From positions 16,440 through 80,439 of the forward strand of contig JASMDC010000014.1 of the NCBI GenBank assembly GCA_030753015.1: 64,000 bases of DNA. The letters are read 5' to 3'. A model generated the notes under the pieces. That model was not told the origin of the DNA. It was given only the letters and a program-made list of their open reading frames with translations, and ran no database searches. The position numbers and the translations under genes are program-made. Positions 18,935 to 27,788 of this stretch are shown in pieces. The DNA comes from Candidatus Undinarchaeales archaeon. GTDB lineage: Archaea > SpSt-1190 > JASMDC01. The stretch's first letter is position 1; every line of letters begins with the position of its first letter.

Positions 18935-20737
18935 GCAAAGGGTTCAACGAAAAAGGAACGGAACGTAAAGAAGGGTCTTTCTGAGGAGGAGTCACGCTAC
19001 CGCGGACTGTTCGAGTATTCGCCCATATCCCTATGGGAGGAAGACTTCACGGCCCTTAAGAGCTTCTTCGATGACCTTCAGAAAAAGGGTGTCAAGGATT
19101 TCCGGAAGTACTTCGAGGGCCATCCCGAGGCGGTGGAAAAGTGCGCAGGCATCGTCAATGTCATCGATGTCAACAAGCGTACTCTCGACCTCTATAAGGC
19201 CAAGAGCAAGAAAGAACTGCTCTTGGGGCTCCCGAAGGTATTCGGTGAGGAGTCATTCCCTGTCTTCAGGGAAGAGATCATCGCGCTCGCTGAGGGAAAG
19301 ACCACGTTCGAGAGCGAGGCGGTCAACAAGACCCTGAAGGGGGACCGCATCGGCATCCGTCTGAGCCTTGCCGTGGCACCCGGATATGAAGGAACGCTCT
19401 TCAAGGTCTTCGTTTCCATTCTCGATATCACCAAGCGTAAGCGAGCTGAGGCGGCGCTCAACAGGAGGCTCAAGGTGGAGGAGACCATCACGGGGGTTTC
19501 GTCACGGTTCGTCAACGTGACCGACATGGACACCGCCATCACGGCCACGCTCGCTGACATGGGGACACTTTCCGGCGCCAGCCGCTCTTATCTGTTCAAG
19601 TTACGCGACGAGCAGCGCATGATGGACAACACCCATGAATGGTGCAGCAAGGGAGTAGAGTCCCAGAAGGAGAATCTGCAAGGTCTCCCTTCGGACATGT
19701 TGCCCTGGTGGATGTCAAAGCTCATGAAGCAAGAGCTCATCCACATCACTGACGTCTCGGAGCTGCCCAAGGAAGCCGCTGCCGAGCGAGAGATCCTCGA
19801 GGAGCAGGACATCAAGTCCCTCCTGGTGCTCCCGGTGTTGGTCGGGGGCGAGCTTTCTGGATTCCTTGGCTTCGACAACGTCGAGGATATCGGGGAATGG
19901 AGCGAAGAGAACGTTACCCTCCTCAGGGTTGGGGCCGAGATCATCGGTAACGCCCTGGAGCGGCAACGGAGCGAGGAGGCTCTGAGGGAGAGCGAACAGC
20001 GCATCCGGCTCCTGTTCGACTGCGCGCCGGTGGGGATCCTCACATCTGACAAGACCGGCACCATCCTTGCTGTTAATCCAGCCATCCTCAAGATCCTCGG
20101 TTCGCCCTCGGCGGAGGCCACGAAAGCGATCAACCTCCTTACCTTCCCCCCGCTGGTCGACGCGGGTGTGTCTGCGGATTTCCGCCAATGCCTGGACACT
20201 GGCGAGATCACGGTCTCAGAGCACCCGTATACGACCGCTTGGGGGAAGAAGATCCACCTACGGTACCACCTCTCGCCGATCAAGGATGAGGATGGCACCG
20301 TCGCCCGTGTGCTCGCCGTCGTCGAGGACTTCACCGCGCTGAAGGAAGCCCAGGACGCGCTCCGGACGAGCGAGGAGCTCTTCCGAGCGATCTTCGATCG
20401 CTCTGCGGTGGGTATCGCCCGCATGCACCTTGATGGTCGGATCTTCGAGACCAATCTTGCGCTCCAGCGCTTCTTCGGCTATTCTGGTGACGAACTACGT
20501 GGTAAGCTCGTGTTCGACCTCTCGCACCCGGAGGACATGCTCAAGGACTACGCCCTCCTCAAAGAGATGGTCGATGGGAAACGCGACCACTACCAGATCG
20601 AGAAGCGGTTCTTCAAGAAGAACGGCTCTGAGGTCAGGGGGAACCTCAACGCATCCATGATGCACGATCCCACCGGTAAGCCGGAGTTCATCGTGGCAGT
20701 GGTCGAGGACATCACTGAGCGCAAGAACGCGAAATAA
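18932..20737 (+). CDS. PAS-GAF-PAS-PAS sensory protein with no output domain
   Basis: YRGLFEYSPISLWEED...DITKRK; GAF (SRSYLF..NTHEWC..GFLGFD); two further PAS/PAC domains ending EDITERKNAK*. Confidence 0.85.
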   Translation: MAKGSTKKERNVKKGLSEEESRYRGLFEYSPISLWEEDFTALKSFFDDLQKKGVKDFRKYFEGHPEAVEKCAGIVNVIDVNKRTLDLYKAKSKKELLLGLPKVFGEESFPVFREEIIALAEGKTTFESEAVNKTLKGDRIGIRLSLAVAPGYEGTLFKVFVSILDITKRKRAEAALNRRLKVEETITGVSSRFVNVTDMDTAITATLADMGTLSGASRSYLFKLRDEQRMMDNTHEWCSKGVESQKENLQGLPSDMLPWWMSKLMKQELIHITDVSELPKEAAAEREILEEQDIKSLLVLPVLVGGELSGFLGFDNVEDIGEWSEENVTLLRVGAEIIGNALERQRSEEALRESEQRIRLLFDCAPVGILTSDKTGTILAVNPAILKILGSPSAEATKAINLLTFPPLVDAGVSADFRQCLDTGEITVSEHPYTTAWGKKIHLRYHLSPIKDEDGTVARVLAVVEDFTALKEAQDALRTSEELFRAIFDRSAVGIARMHLDGRIFETNLALQRFFGYSGDELRGKLVFDLSHPEDMLKDYALLKEMVDGKRDHYQIEKRFFKKNGSEVRGNLNASMMHDPTGKPEFIVAVVEDITERKNAK

Positions 20738-20797
20738 AGCGGGGAGTACGAAAGCTCAAGTCTACATTTATAAACCGGGGATCGGGCAATCGCCGGC

Positions 20798-22522
20798 ATG
20801 TCGCAGGCAGGGTATCGTTTCGTTGAGATAGATCCCGAGAAGCTCGACTTCTGGGAGGAGCGTCTTGACCTAGATCCTGCTTTCACAGAGATGCTATCCC
20901 ACTACACTGCAGGAAAGGAGAGCTCTGCGCGCTTCACGGTCGCCTACGATACCGCGACCCTGGATGTCCAGGGTTACGGCCTCTCACTAGAGACCGAAGA
21001 CAGCTCGGTGAACCTATTCAAGCCCGTGAGCGCGGCCACTTCTGAAGGGACCGTCATCGAAGAGGACGGAGACCGGCTCGTCGCTTCTCACGAGGAGCGG
21101 ACCGTCACACCGCTCGCAGCGGTCGACATGGACGGACGCAGTCTGCTCATCTACTCTGACATCGATCTCGAGAAGGAACTCGGTGCGTTCCAGTACGAGC
21201 GGAAGGAGGCTCACCGTCTCGGGGATATGCTCGTCGGCGAGGACTCGGGATTCCTTACGGACATGTACGACTTCTTCGGTGTTTCTGCCGATGCCGAGGC
21301 GTTCGGTTTTGAGCCTGCAGAGACGAGCAAGCTATCACAGCTCAAGGAGTACATGGATGTAATCGGTGAGGAGCCGGAGTATGCCGCGCTCCAAGTTGGT
21401 AAGATCATGCGTCGCATGGGTCAAGGGCTCGTTCAAGGTTCGCTCGTCGGTGTCGCCATGAGCATGGGTGCCGTATACGGTGTCGTAGGCTTCTTGGCAG
21501 CGACCCAACAGCTCGGACGGGACCAGATGGAGGCCGTCGCCGATGGCCTGGTCGGTAAATACGTCGATGATGCGGTCAATTCTGAGAACCCTCGTGAATC
21601 GCTCAAGTCGCCCTATCTTGTCAAGAGCCTCTTCTGCGCTGCCAGCGGGGCCGCCACCTATCTCATGCAACCTCAGTTCCTTGCCGGAATGGCCAATCCC
21701 GCTATCCCGCTCGCAGGACTATTCCTCGCCCAGCAGGCGACCGATGCGCTCGAGGACTCGCTCAACGATAAGATTGGTTTCGCCGTACGTGAGGAGCTGA
21801 TCAAGAACTCCGAGAAGATGAAGGCCAAGGGCCATGACAAGCACTTCTATCAGCTCAAAGGGACCGAGGACATGGTCACCAAGTATGCTCGCATCGTCCC
21901 CTTCCTCGGTTCTGCTATCGCCACAGGTGCTCTCTTCGCGGCTGGTGGTGCGGTCTCCCCCCTCGCCTTCACGCTGGCGTCGATAGGCATCCCGATGTGG
22001 GCCGGAGGCAACATGGTCTGGTACGCTTACCGTTCCAAACCCGATGTGATGATGGAAGTGGACGCCGACGAGTACCTCGTCCTCCAGGACGGATATGCTC
22101 TCGACTCGGGCTGGGAAATGAGGTTCGAGCGTCTCGAGGGCGATGAGGCCGTATCCTACAATCTTGAGAGCCCAAAGGTCTACCACGGGAAGGACGGGAA
22201 GCTCAACATCCCGGTCGACCTGGGTGACGAGGAATGGGGCGTTCAGCTCAAATACGGCGGCGATGGGACGATGCCCGAGTACACGGAGGAGCGATCATTC
22301 ATCAACAAGATGCCCGGATTCGTGCAGAAGATGGCGTTCTTCAAGGAGAAGGAGAGCTGGGACATAGGGGAGGGCGACCTCCGCATAGGTCGCTACAGCA
22401 CCGATGCCTACGACATGGTCAAGGTCGATGATCACACCTATGCTTTCGGTACGAAAGCGTACATCGACCACCTGGAAGGTTCGCTCGTGAAAGAAGGTCC
22501 TGAGGACGCGTACGACATCTAG
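20798..22522 (+). CDS. Hypothetical acidic membrane protein
   Basis: 574-aa ORF with genome-typical codon usage, several central hydrophobic helices and an upstream TTTATAAA. Confidence 0.65.
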   Translation: MSQAGYRFVEIDPEKLDFWEERLDLDPAFTEMLSHYTAGKESSARFTVAYDTATLDVQGYGLSLETEDSSVNLFKPVSAATSEGTVIEEDGDRLVASHEERTVTPLAAVDMDGRSLLIYSDIDLEKELGAFQYERKEAHRLGDMLVGEDSGFLTDMYDFFGVSADAEAFGFEPAETSKLSQLKEYMDVIGEEPEYAALQVGKIMRRMGQGLVQGSLVGVAMSMGAVYGVVGFLAATQQLGRDQMEAVADGLVGKYVDDAVNSENPRESLKSPYLVKSLFCAASGAATYLMQPQFLAGMANPAIPLAGLFLAQQATDALEDSLNDKIGFAVREELIKNSEKMKAKGHDKHFYQLKGTEDMVTKYARIVPFLGSAIATGALFAAGGAVSPLAFTLASIGIPMWAGGNMVWYAYRSKPDVMMEVDADEYLVLQDGYALDSGWEMRFERLEGDEAVSYNLESPKVYHGKDGKLNIPVDLGDEEWGVQLKYGGDGTMPEYTEERSFINKMPGFVQKMAFFKEKESWDIGEGDLRIGRYSTDAYDMVKVDDHTYAFGTKAYIDHLEGSLVKEGPEDAYDI

Positions 22523-22556
22523 GTGATCATTCCTCTACCTGATCAAGTAGGTTAGG

Positions 22557-22631
22557 TAGCGGGGGATGGATTTGAACCATCGATCTTCGGGTTATGAGCC
22601 CGACGGGCACTCCAGGCTACCCTACCCCGCT
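22557..22631 (-). tRNA. tRNA-Met(CAT), initiator
   Basis: AGCGGGGTAGGGTAGCCTGGAGTGCCCGTCGGGCTCATAACCCGAAGATCGATGGTTCAAATCCATCCCCCGCTA: A1-U72 pair, GGG/CCC anticodon stem, CAT anticodon. CCA is not fully encoded. Confidence 0.95.
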
Positions 22632-22691
22632 ATGGGATGAGCAAAAGAGGGCCGATAGTGTTTAAATAGGTATCGTTGGCGGCGTCCTTGA

Positions 22692-24341
22692 CTAAACGAC
22701 AAGGGCGTTCTTGGTGATGTCCTCGAACTTGGCCTGCCACGCGGACACCTTCTCGGCGTCAGTGATCGTGCCCTCCTCCTTGAGCATGGAGGTGAGGTAC
22801 ACGAACTCCAGGGTGTCGCGCAGTAGCTGCTCGGCCTTGCGACCACGCTCGATCGTATTGGAGTCGCTCTGGTCCGCGAGCGCAGCGATGGCATATCCCG
22901 CGATATCGGAGGTCAACTTGTGGTAGTCCGCATCCGTTCCCTTCTCGGGTGCGAGACAGAAGTCGAACTTGGCCCAGTCCCCTTCCTCGATCGTACCGTC
23001 AGCGGTTATCTCCTCGACCACCTTGCCGTAGTCCGCCAGGGCGTTATTGATCCTGCGTGAGAGATCGTACTGACCGGACGTACCGAGCTTCATCTCCAAG
23101 AGGGTGCTGTATTTGTTGGCAGCCTTCTCGTTGATGCTCTGGTACTCGTTCCTGATGATGGTGTCTGCGAACCCGTCCGCTGCGACAACAAGGTCCTCAC
23201 AATGCTCACGTTCCGATGTATGGATGTACTCCTTGAGCCGTTCCCGGTCGTCACCTTTTGCGGGATTGGCCCTGAGCACGCTGATGAGGAGAGAATACTC
23301 GTCGAGAGTGGAAGAGATGGTCGAGTGCATGTCACCGCGGAACTCCGGATCGTTCAGCAGGCCGTGGACCAATCCGTTCATGGCCTCGGACCCGAGGATA
23401 TCATTGGCGAGGTTCCTTCCAGCCTTCGCGGCGACGTACTTGATCCGTGAGCTGCCGAGGATGTCCTTTCCACGTTCGGTCTCAACACCCTTAGCATGCA
23501 CGAATACCTCCTTGTCAACGATGTTGTCGGAGTCTACCGCGGCATAATTGAGCGCCTTATCTGCGATCTCCTTGTACGGGACTGCGGTCTCGAGGAGGTT
23601 GGAATCGAAAATCTCGTGATTGCCCGCCCAGGCCTTTGCAATGAACTGTGACGTCTCCTGACCGATGAACCTTGACGTCGCACCTGACACCTGGTCACTA
23701 ACGGTCTGCACCGTGGTGTCGATGACGTATTCGGCCATGTCGTTCGCGTAGCTGTCCAACTGCTCCTCGGGGACCTCTTTGGCCCGGCGGAGCTCGTGTC
23801 GGAACTGGTCGACGAGCTCTTGGCGATGGGTCTCGGCCTCGGTGCGCGCGGTGTTCGTTGCGTCCTTGACATAGTCCACCTGGTACTTGGCATCGAACTC
23901 CTTGACCACTTGCTTTGCTATGAGAGCATGTACGTCCCGATACTCACCATAATGGATATTGAACAGGCGTTGGATGCTCCCCATGACGAAGGGGTACGAG
24001 AGCCCAGCAGTGACGGTACATGTTGCCAACGCCCATGGCGCCGGTGATAGTGGACCGCCACCGAGCATGAACCACAGGGCTCCGTTCTTGAACGCTGACT
24101 CCACGTACTTGGCCGGCTCGGCCTTCACGCCGTAGAACTCCGATTTGAAAGCACTCTTCAGTTCATCCATGGTATTGCCGTTGGCGTTGGATGCATTAGT
24201 GAGGCCATCGGACACGTAATCGTGGCACTTGGAGAATCCGTCAAGGGTGCTGTCACCCATCTGCCATGCCTTTCGCTCAGCAAGGTCGTAGGCGTTCTGA
24301 CCGGCTATAGCGATCCTGTCGATATACTCCCCAACAGTCAC
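22692..24341 (-). CDS. Hypothetical protein, largely helical, with a hydrophobic hairpin
   Basis: About 550-aa ORF. Start uncertain (GTG 24341 or TTG 24362); GTATATAAG TATA at 24367-24375. Confidence 0.6.
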   Translation of the reverse strand: MTVGEYIDRIAIAGQNAYDLAERKAWQMGDSTLDGFSKCHDYVSDGLTNASNANGNTMDELKSAFKSEFYGVKAEPAKYVESAFKNGALWFMLGGGPLSPAPWALATCTVTAGLSYPFVMGSIQRLFNIHYGEYRDVHALIAKQVVKEFDAKYQVDYVKDATNTARTEAETHRQELVDQFRHELRRAKEVPEEQLDSYANDMAEYVIDTTVQTVSDQVSGATSRFIGQETSQFIAKAWAGNHEIFDSNLLETAVPYKEIADKALNYAAVDSDNIVDKEVFVHAKGVETERGKDILGSSRIKYVAAKAGRNLANDILGSEAMNGLVHGLLNDPEFRGDMHSTISSTLDEYSLLISVLRANPAKGDDRERLKEYIHTSEREHCEDLVVAADGFADTIIRNEYQSINEKAANKYSTLLEMKLGTSGQYDLSRRINNALADYGKVVEEITADGTIEEGDWAKFDFCLAPEKGTDADYHKLTSDIAGYAIAALADQSDSNTIERGRKAEQLLRDTLEFVYLTSMLKEEGTITDAEKVSAWQAKFEDITKNALVV

Positions 24342-24399
24342 TGTCAAGGGACGGCATGGCAAGCTCCTTATATACTTTTCTTAGGTTGGATGGGAGCAA

Positions 24400-25266
24400 A
24401 TGAACGTCCAGTGCCTGTGCCTCGGGTCCGCGAATATCGATATGGTGGCCTCTGTCACACGGAATCCGCGCACGGACGAGAAAGTGAAGATCCAGGACAT
24501 CTCCCAGTACTATGGCGGGAGCGCTGCAAACACGGCCACGTGCCTGGCGCGCCTGGGTGTCCGTACTGCTATGGTGGCCCGAGTGGGGAAAGACCATAAC
24601 GGTGACCTCATCATCACACGGCTCGAGCACGAGGGCGTGATAACTGACCATGTCATCCGTTCGAAAGGAAAGAGCGGGTACACGTTCATCGGTCTCGAGC
24701 CCGGAGGTATGCGCGTCATCTATGATTTCAAGGGTACGAACGCCCTCCTCGATCCCAGGGACGTACCACCCATCGCGGCAGATGTCCCCGTGGTGTTCGT
24801 TGCCGGTATCGACGAGCGCGGCATCGCTTTTGCGAAGGACGCGTTCCAGCGTGCACGCTATTCCATCTTCGCGCCATCAGGGTACATGATCAAAGAAGGT
24901 ATCGAGCCGCTCCTCGAGATCTCCGACCTCCTTATACTGAACGAGTACGAATGGGAGCTGGTACAGAAGGTGTCCCCCGGGTTCACCGGCGATGTCGTCA
25001 TCACCAAAGGAGCCGAAGGCGCCCTCGCCATCATCGATGGTGAGGAGGTGCAGGTCCCCGCGTTCAGTGTGGAACCTGTTGACACAACAGGAGCGGGCGA
25101 CGCATTCTGTGGCGGATTCATCTACGGCTTTATACAGGACCTCTCTACTGCCGAGCGACTTCGCTTGGGGTGTGCGACCGCCGCGATGAACACACGTGGC
25201 TATGGAGCACGGGGCGGGATGCCTATCCTTGAGGACCTTGAGAAGTTCCTGGAGGAGAACCGTTGA
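24400..25266 (+). CDS. PfkB-family carbohydrate/nucleoside kinase
   Basis: GGSAANTA..LARLG, LILNEYE, ITKGAEG, VDTTGAGDAFCGG. Confidence 0.93.
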   Translation: MNVQCLCLGSANIDMVASVTRNPRTDEKVKIQDISQYYGGSAANTATCLARLGVRTAMVARVGKDHNGDLIITRLEHEGVITDHVIRSKGKSGYTFIGLEPGGMRVIYDFKGTNALLDPRDVPPIAADVPVVFVAGIDERGIAFAKDAFQRARYSIFAPSGYMIKEGIEPLLEISDLLILNEYEWELVQKVSPGFTGDVVITKGAEGALAIIDGEEVQVPAFSVEPVDTTGAGDAFCGGFIYGFIQDLSTAERLRLGCATAAMNTRGYGARGGMPILEDLEKFLEENR

Positions 25267-25907
25267 GCGCCCGCATCATGGGTATCGACGAGGCCGGGCG
25301 TGGACCCGTTATCGGTCCGCTCGTCATCTGTGGTTTTGTGTACGACGAGAGCGTCGACCTCCGAGCACTGGGCGCAAAGGACTCCAAACAACTATCACCC
25401 ACACGACGTGAGAAGTTAGCAGTAGGCCTTTTGGAGGTCGCTACTGACCATCGTCTATCGGTCATCACTGCCATAGACATAGACCAGAGGGACTGTTCCC
25501 TCAACGACCTCGAGATCAACCATATGGCGCGACTCATTGATGAACTGGCTCCGGACACTGTGTACGTCGACGCTATCCAAAGCGACTGTGCCGCGTTCCG
25601 GGACAAGCTCATGTCCCGTCTCTCGCATAAGTGTACTATCATCGCAGAGAACAAGGCGGACGTGAAGTTCCCGGTGGTATCGGCAGCTTCGATCCTCGCC
25701 AAGGTCGAGCGCGATGCTGCGGTCGGGCGTCTGCGTAAGGAATACGGTGACATCGGTTCAGGGTATCCGTCCGATCCGACGACAAGACAGTGGTTGCGGG
25801 ATTGGTACAGCTCACACGGCAGTTTCCCTCCCGTCGTCAGGCACACGTGGGCGACTATCAAAGAACTTCTCTCCGCTCGCAACCAACGATCACTGGACGA
25901 CTTCTGA
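25263..25907 (+). CDS. rnhB: Ribonuclease HII
   Basis: GIDEAGRGPVIGPLV, DSKQL, VSAASILAKVERD, GSGYPSDP; C-terminal PIP box QRSLDDF. Confidence 0.96.
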   Translation: MSARIMGIDEAGRGPVIGPLVICGFVYDESVDLRALGAKDSKQLSPTRREKLAVGLLEVATDHRLSVITAIDIDQRDCSLNDLEINHMARLIDELAPDTVYVDAIQSDCAAFRDKLMSRLSHKCTIIAENKADVKFPVVSAASILAKVERDAAVGRLRKEYGDIGSGYPSDPTTRQWLRDWYSSHGSFPPVVRHTWATIKELLSARNQRSLDDF

Positions 25908-25998
25908 ACGGGGCAAAACGCTCGTTGGGCACCCTAGACGGGAACCCCGGGCACCGTCCCCATGCTTTTATATGTCTTTGGGGAAAGGCCCTGATTAG

Positions 25999-26178
25999 AT
26001 GCCCACTAAGACGTGCACAACGTGTGGCAAATCCATCGACCTTTCGAAGAAGAAGGAGCAGCATGCTTCCGTTCGTCTGGAGTACTTCCATCCGAACGGA
26101 AAGGACTTCGAACTAAAACGCACGTACTTCTGCTCGCAGGAATGTTTTGCTAAGAAGGTCAAGGGGGCCAAGAAGTGA
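25999..26178 (+). CDS. Small TRASH/YHS-like metal-binding protein (59 aa)
   Basis: Below the ORF-track cut-off: MPTKTCTTCGKSIDLSKKKEQHASVRLEYFHPNGKDFELKRTYFCSQECFAKKVKGAKK; CxxCG...YFCSxxC; GTGA overlap with the next gene. Confidence 0.7.
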   Translation: MPTKTCTTCGKSIDLSKKKEQHASVRLEYFHPNGKDFELKRTYFCSQECFAKKVKGAKK

Positions 26179-27440
26179 ATCCCAAGGAGAAAGAATCAGA
26201 GGAACACGAGCCCGAGGTGCACGCATACGATAACATCCGTCGTGTAGGTGGTGAACTTGAATCGTTCATCGTCGAGAAACGCGACGGTGAGTACGTACCG
26301 GCCCCTATTACAGATAAGATCTTCACTGACGGTCCCTTGATCGATATCGAGAACGTGGGTACACTCGCCCGCGAGTTCCACCGGGACATGATCGAGTTCA
26401 ATCCGGATCCCTGCATCTCGCTCCACGAACACTACGCGCGCCTCAAGACCATGTTCTGGGAGGCCGAGCTCATGGTCAAGAAAGTGAGGCCGAACGCAGA
26501 ACTTGTAGGTCTCGCCCTTAACCAGATCAAGCCAGATCCCGCCCTCGACACCACCATCGATGACGGCGAATATTCGCGCAAGTATGTCTACCCTTCGTCC
26601 CGCTACTACTCGTTCATCGACTACTATAAACAACTGGGTGACAAGGCCGTCCGCGAGTTCCTCTCCATGGGACTTGTTGTGTCCTACCAAGCGGAGTTCT
26701 CCGTACTTAAAGAGGAGCTGGCTCATCTCTACCACTTGAGGCGGAATTTGGTCCCTCTCATGGTCGCCATTTGTAGCAATTCACCGACCCTAAACTACCC
26801 CGATCTCGTGCTCGACGGCCGGATAACGCTCTATCGCCGTAACTTCTCCCACGGCCATCAGCACATCGGGATCCCGACCTACATCCCTGAGGACTTCGAC
26901 GACTATCTCGGCACCCTGGAGGGTCAGCCGCTCATCTTCGACGCAAAGGACGCCCGGGCAAAGCTCTCAGTAGACTATCGATGGGTCCGACTCAACGTCC
27001 CCACATCGGTCATCGTCGAACCACGGGAGATCGACAGTCAACCTTCTATCCTTGAGGACATGGCACCCCAGGCCGCCCAGTTCGGTCTCATCGAGGAGAA
27101 TCGCGACAATCCGTTAATCGACAGTGTGATGAAGGCCACGCCCGAAATGCTTGAGAAGAGCCTGACCTCGGCCGCCAAGAGCGGACTTGAGGGCGAGTTC
27201 TTCACATCAACGGGAAGCCGACCCATGTACGATATATGGGCCGAGCTGCTCGAGATAGCCGCTGTGAACCTGGAGGAGCGCGGATTTGGTGAGCAGATGT
27301 TCCTCAAGCCCTTCGAGCGCCGTATCAAACAGGTGAAGACGCCCGCCCAGGTTTTCATTGAGATGACACAGAAACGGGGTCTTACGAAGGCCATCGACCG
27401 CTTCGTGGAGTGCATGAAGACGGATAAGCCCCTCATCTAA
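26175..27440 (+). CDS. Glutamate-cysteine ligase family 2 (GCS2)-like carboxylate-amine ligase
   Basis: GGELESFIVE, EFHRDMIEFN, AICSNSP, WVRLN, VEPREIDSQP and AAKSGL match the GCS2 motif order, though divergent. Confidence 0.7.
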   Translation: MNPKEKESEEHEPEVHAYDNIRRVGGELESFIVEKRDGEYVPAPITDKIFTDGPLIDIENVGTLAREFHRDMIEFNPDPCISLHEHYARLKTMFWEAELMVKKVRPNAELVGLALNQIKPDPALDTTIDDGEYSRKYVYPSSRYYSFIDYYKQLGDKAVREFLSMGLVVSYQAEFSVLKEELAHLYHLRRNLVPLMVAICSNSPTLNYPDLVLDGRITLYRRNFSHGHQHIGIPTYIPEDFDDYLGTLEGQPLIFDAKDARAKLSVDYRWVRLNVPTSVIVEPREIDSQPSILEDMAPQAAQFGLIEENRDNPLIDSVMKATPEMLEKSLTSAAKSGLEGEFFTSTGSRPMYDIWAELLEIAAVNLEERGFGEQMFLKPFERRIKQVKTPAQVFIEMTQKRGLTKAIDRFVECMKTDKPLI

Positions 27441-27468
27441 CTGTGGCTAATCCCCATGTAAGTAAATA

Positions 27469-27500
27469 GGGAAGGCCGCCCAGCAAAAGCCGACCTTCCC
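27469..27500 (-). terminator. GC-rich hairpin followed by T-rich tract (minus strand)
   Basis: Minus strand GGGAAGGTCG...CGGCCTTCCC then TATTTACTT; the G-U pair forms only on the minus strand. Confidence 0.4.
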
Positions 27501-27788
27501 CCGGTGGCAGGTCACGGACCGAGATGGCCCGTTTTGGGTGGTCGAATAAATTACTTCCTCCCCCCCTAACCACACTATAAAATAGAATAGTACATTTGGC
27601 GTATAAATTGCTAACGCCTCACAAGTATCCCTTTTTCCAAATCAGTATCCCTAAGTCATTAATAGGGATAATTCCGCTTCGAATATCGCAGCCACTTTCT
27701 CCGGGCATGGCCGTAGTCCCCTATAAACAGTGATAATGGATCGGTCTCCCCCATCTGCTTATAAAAAGACGGTCAATAGTGCCCCATC

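Noticed and set aside
22523-22691. Integrated element at tRNA-iMet
   Set aside because: No integrase, and no duplicated tRNA 3' end was noticed in the window.
25999-26178. Ribosomal protein L24e
   Set aside because: It shares only the TRASH-type Cys pattern, lacks the PG.G..[FY]V..DG and W-T motifs, and is not in a ribosomal operon.
27441-27788. Replication origin
   Set aside because: AT-rich with a G-run, but no recognisable ORB consensus and no cdc6/orc1 nearby; kept only as an unexplained regulatory region.
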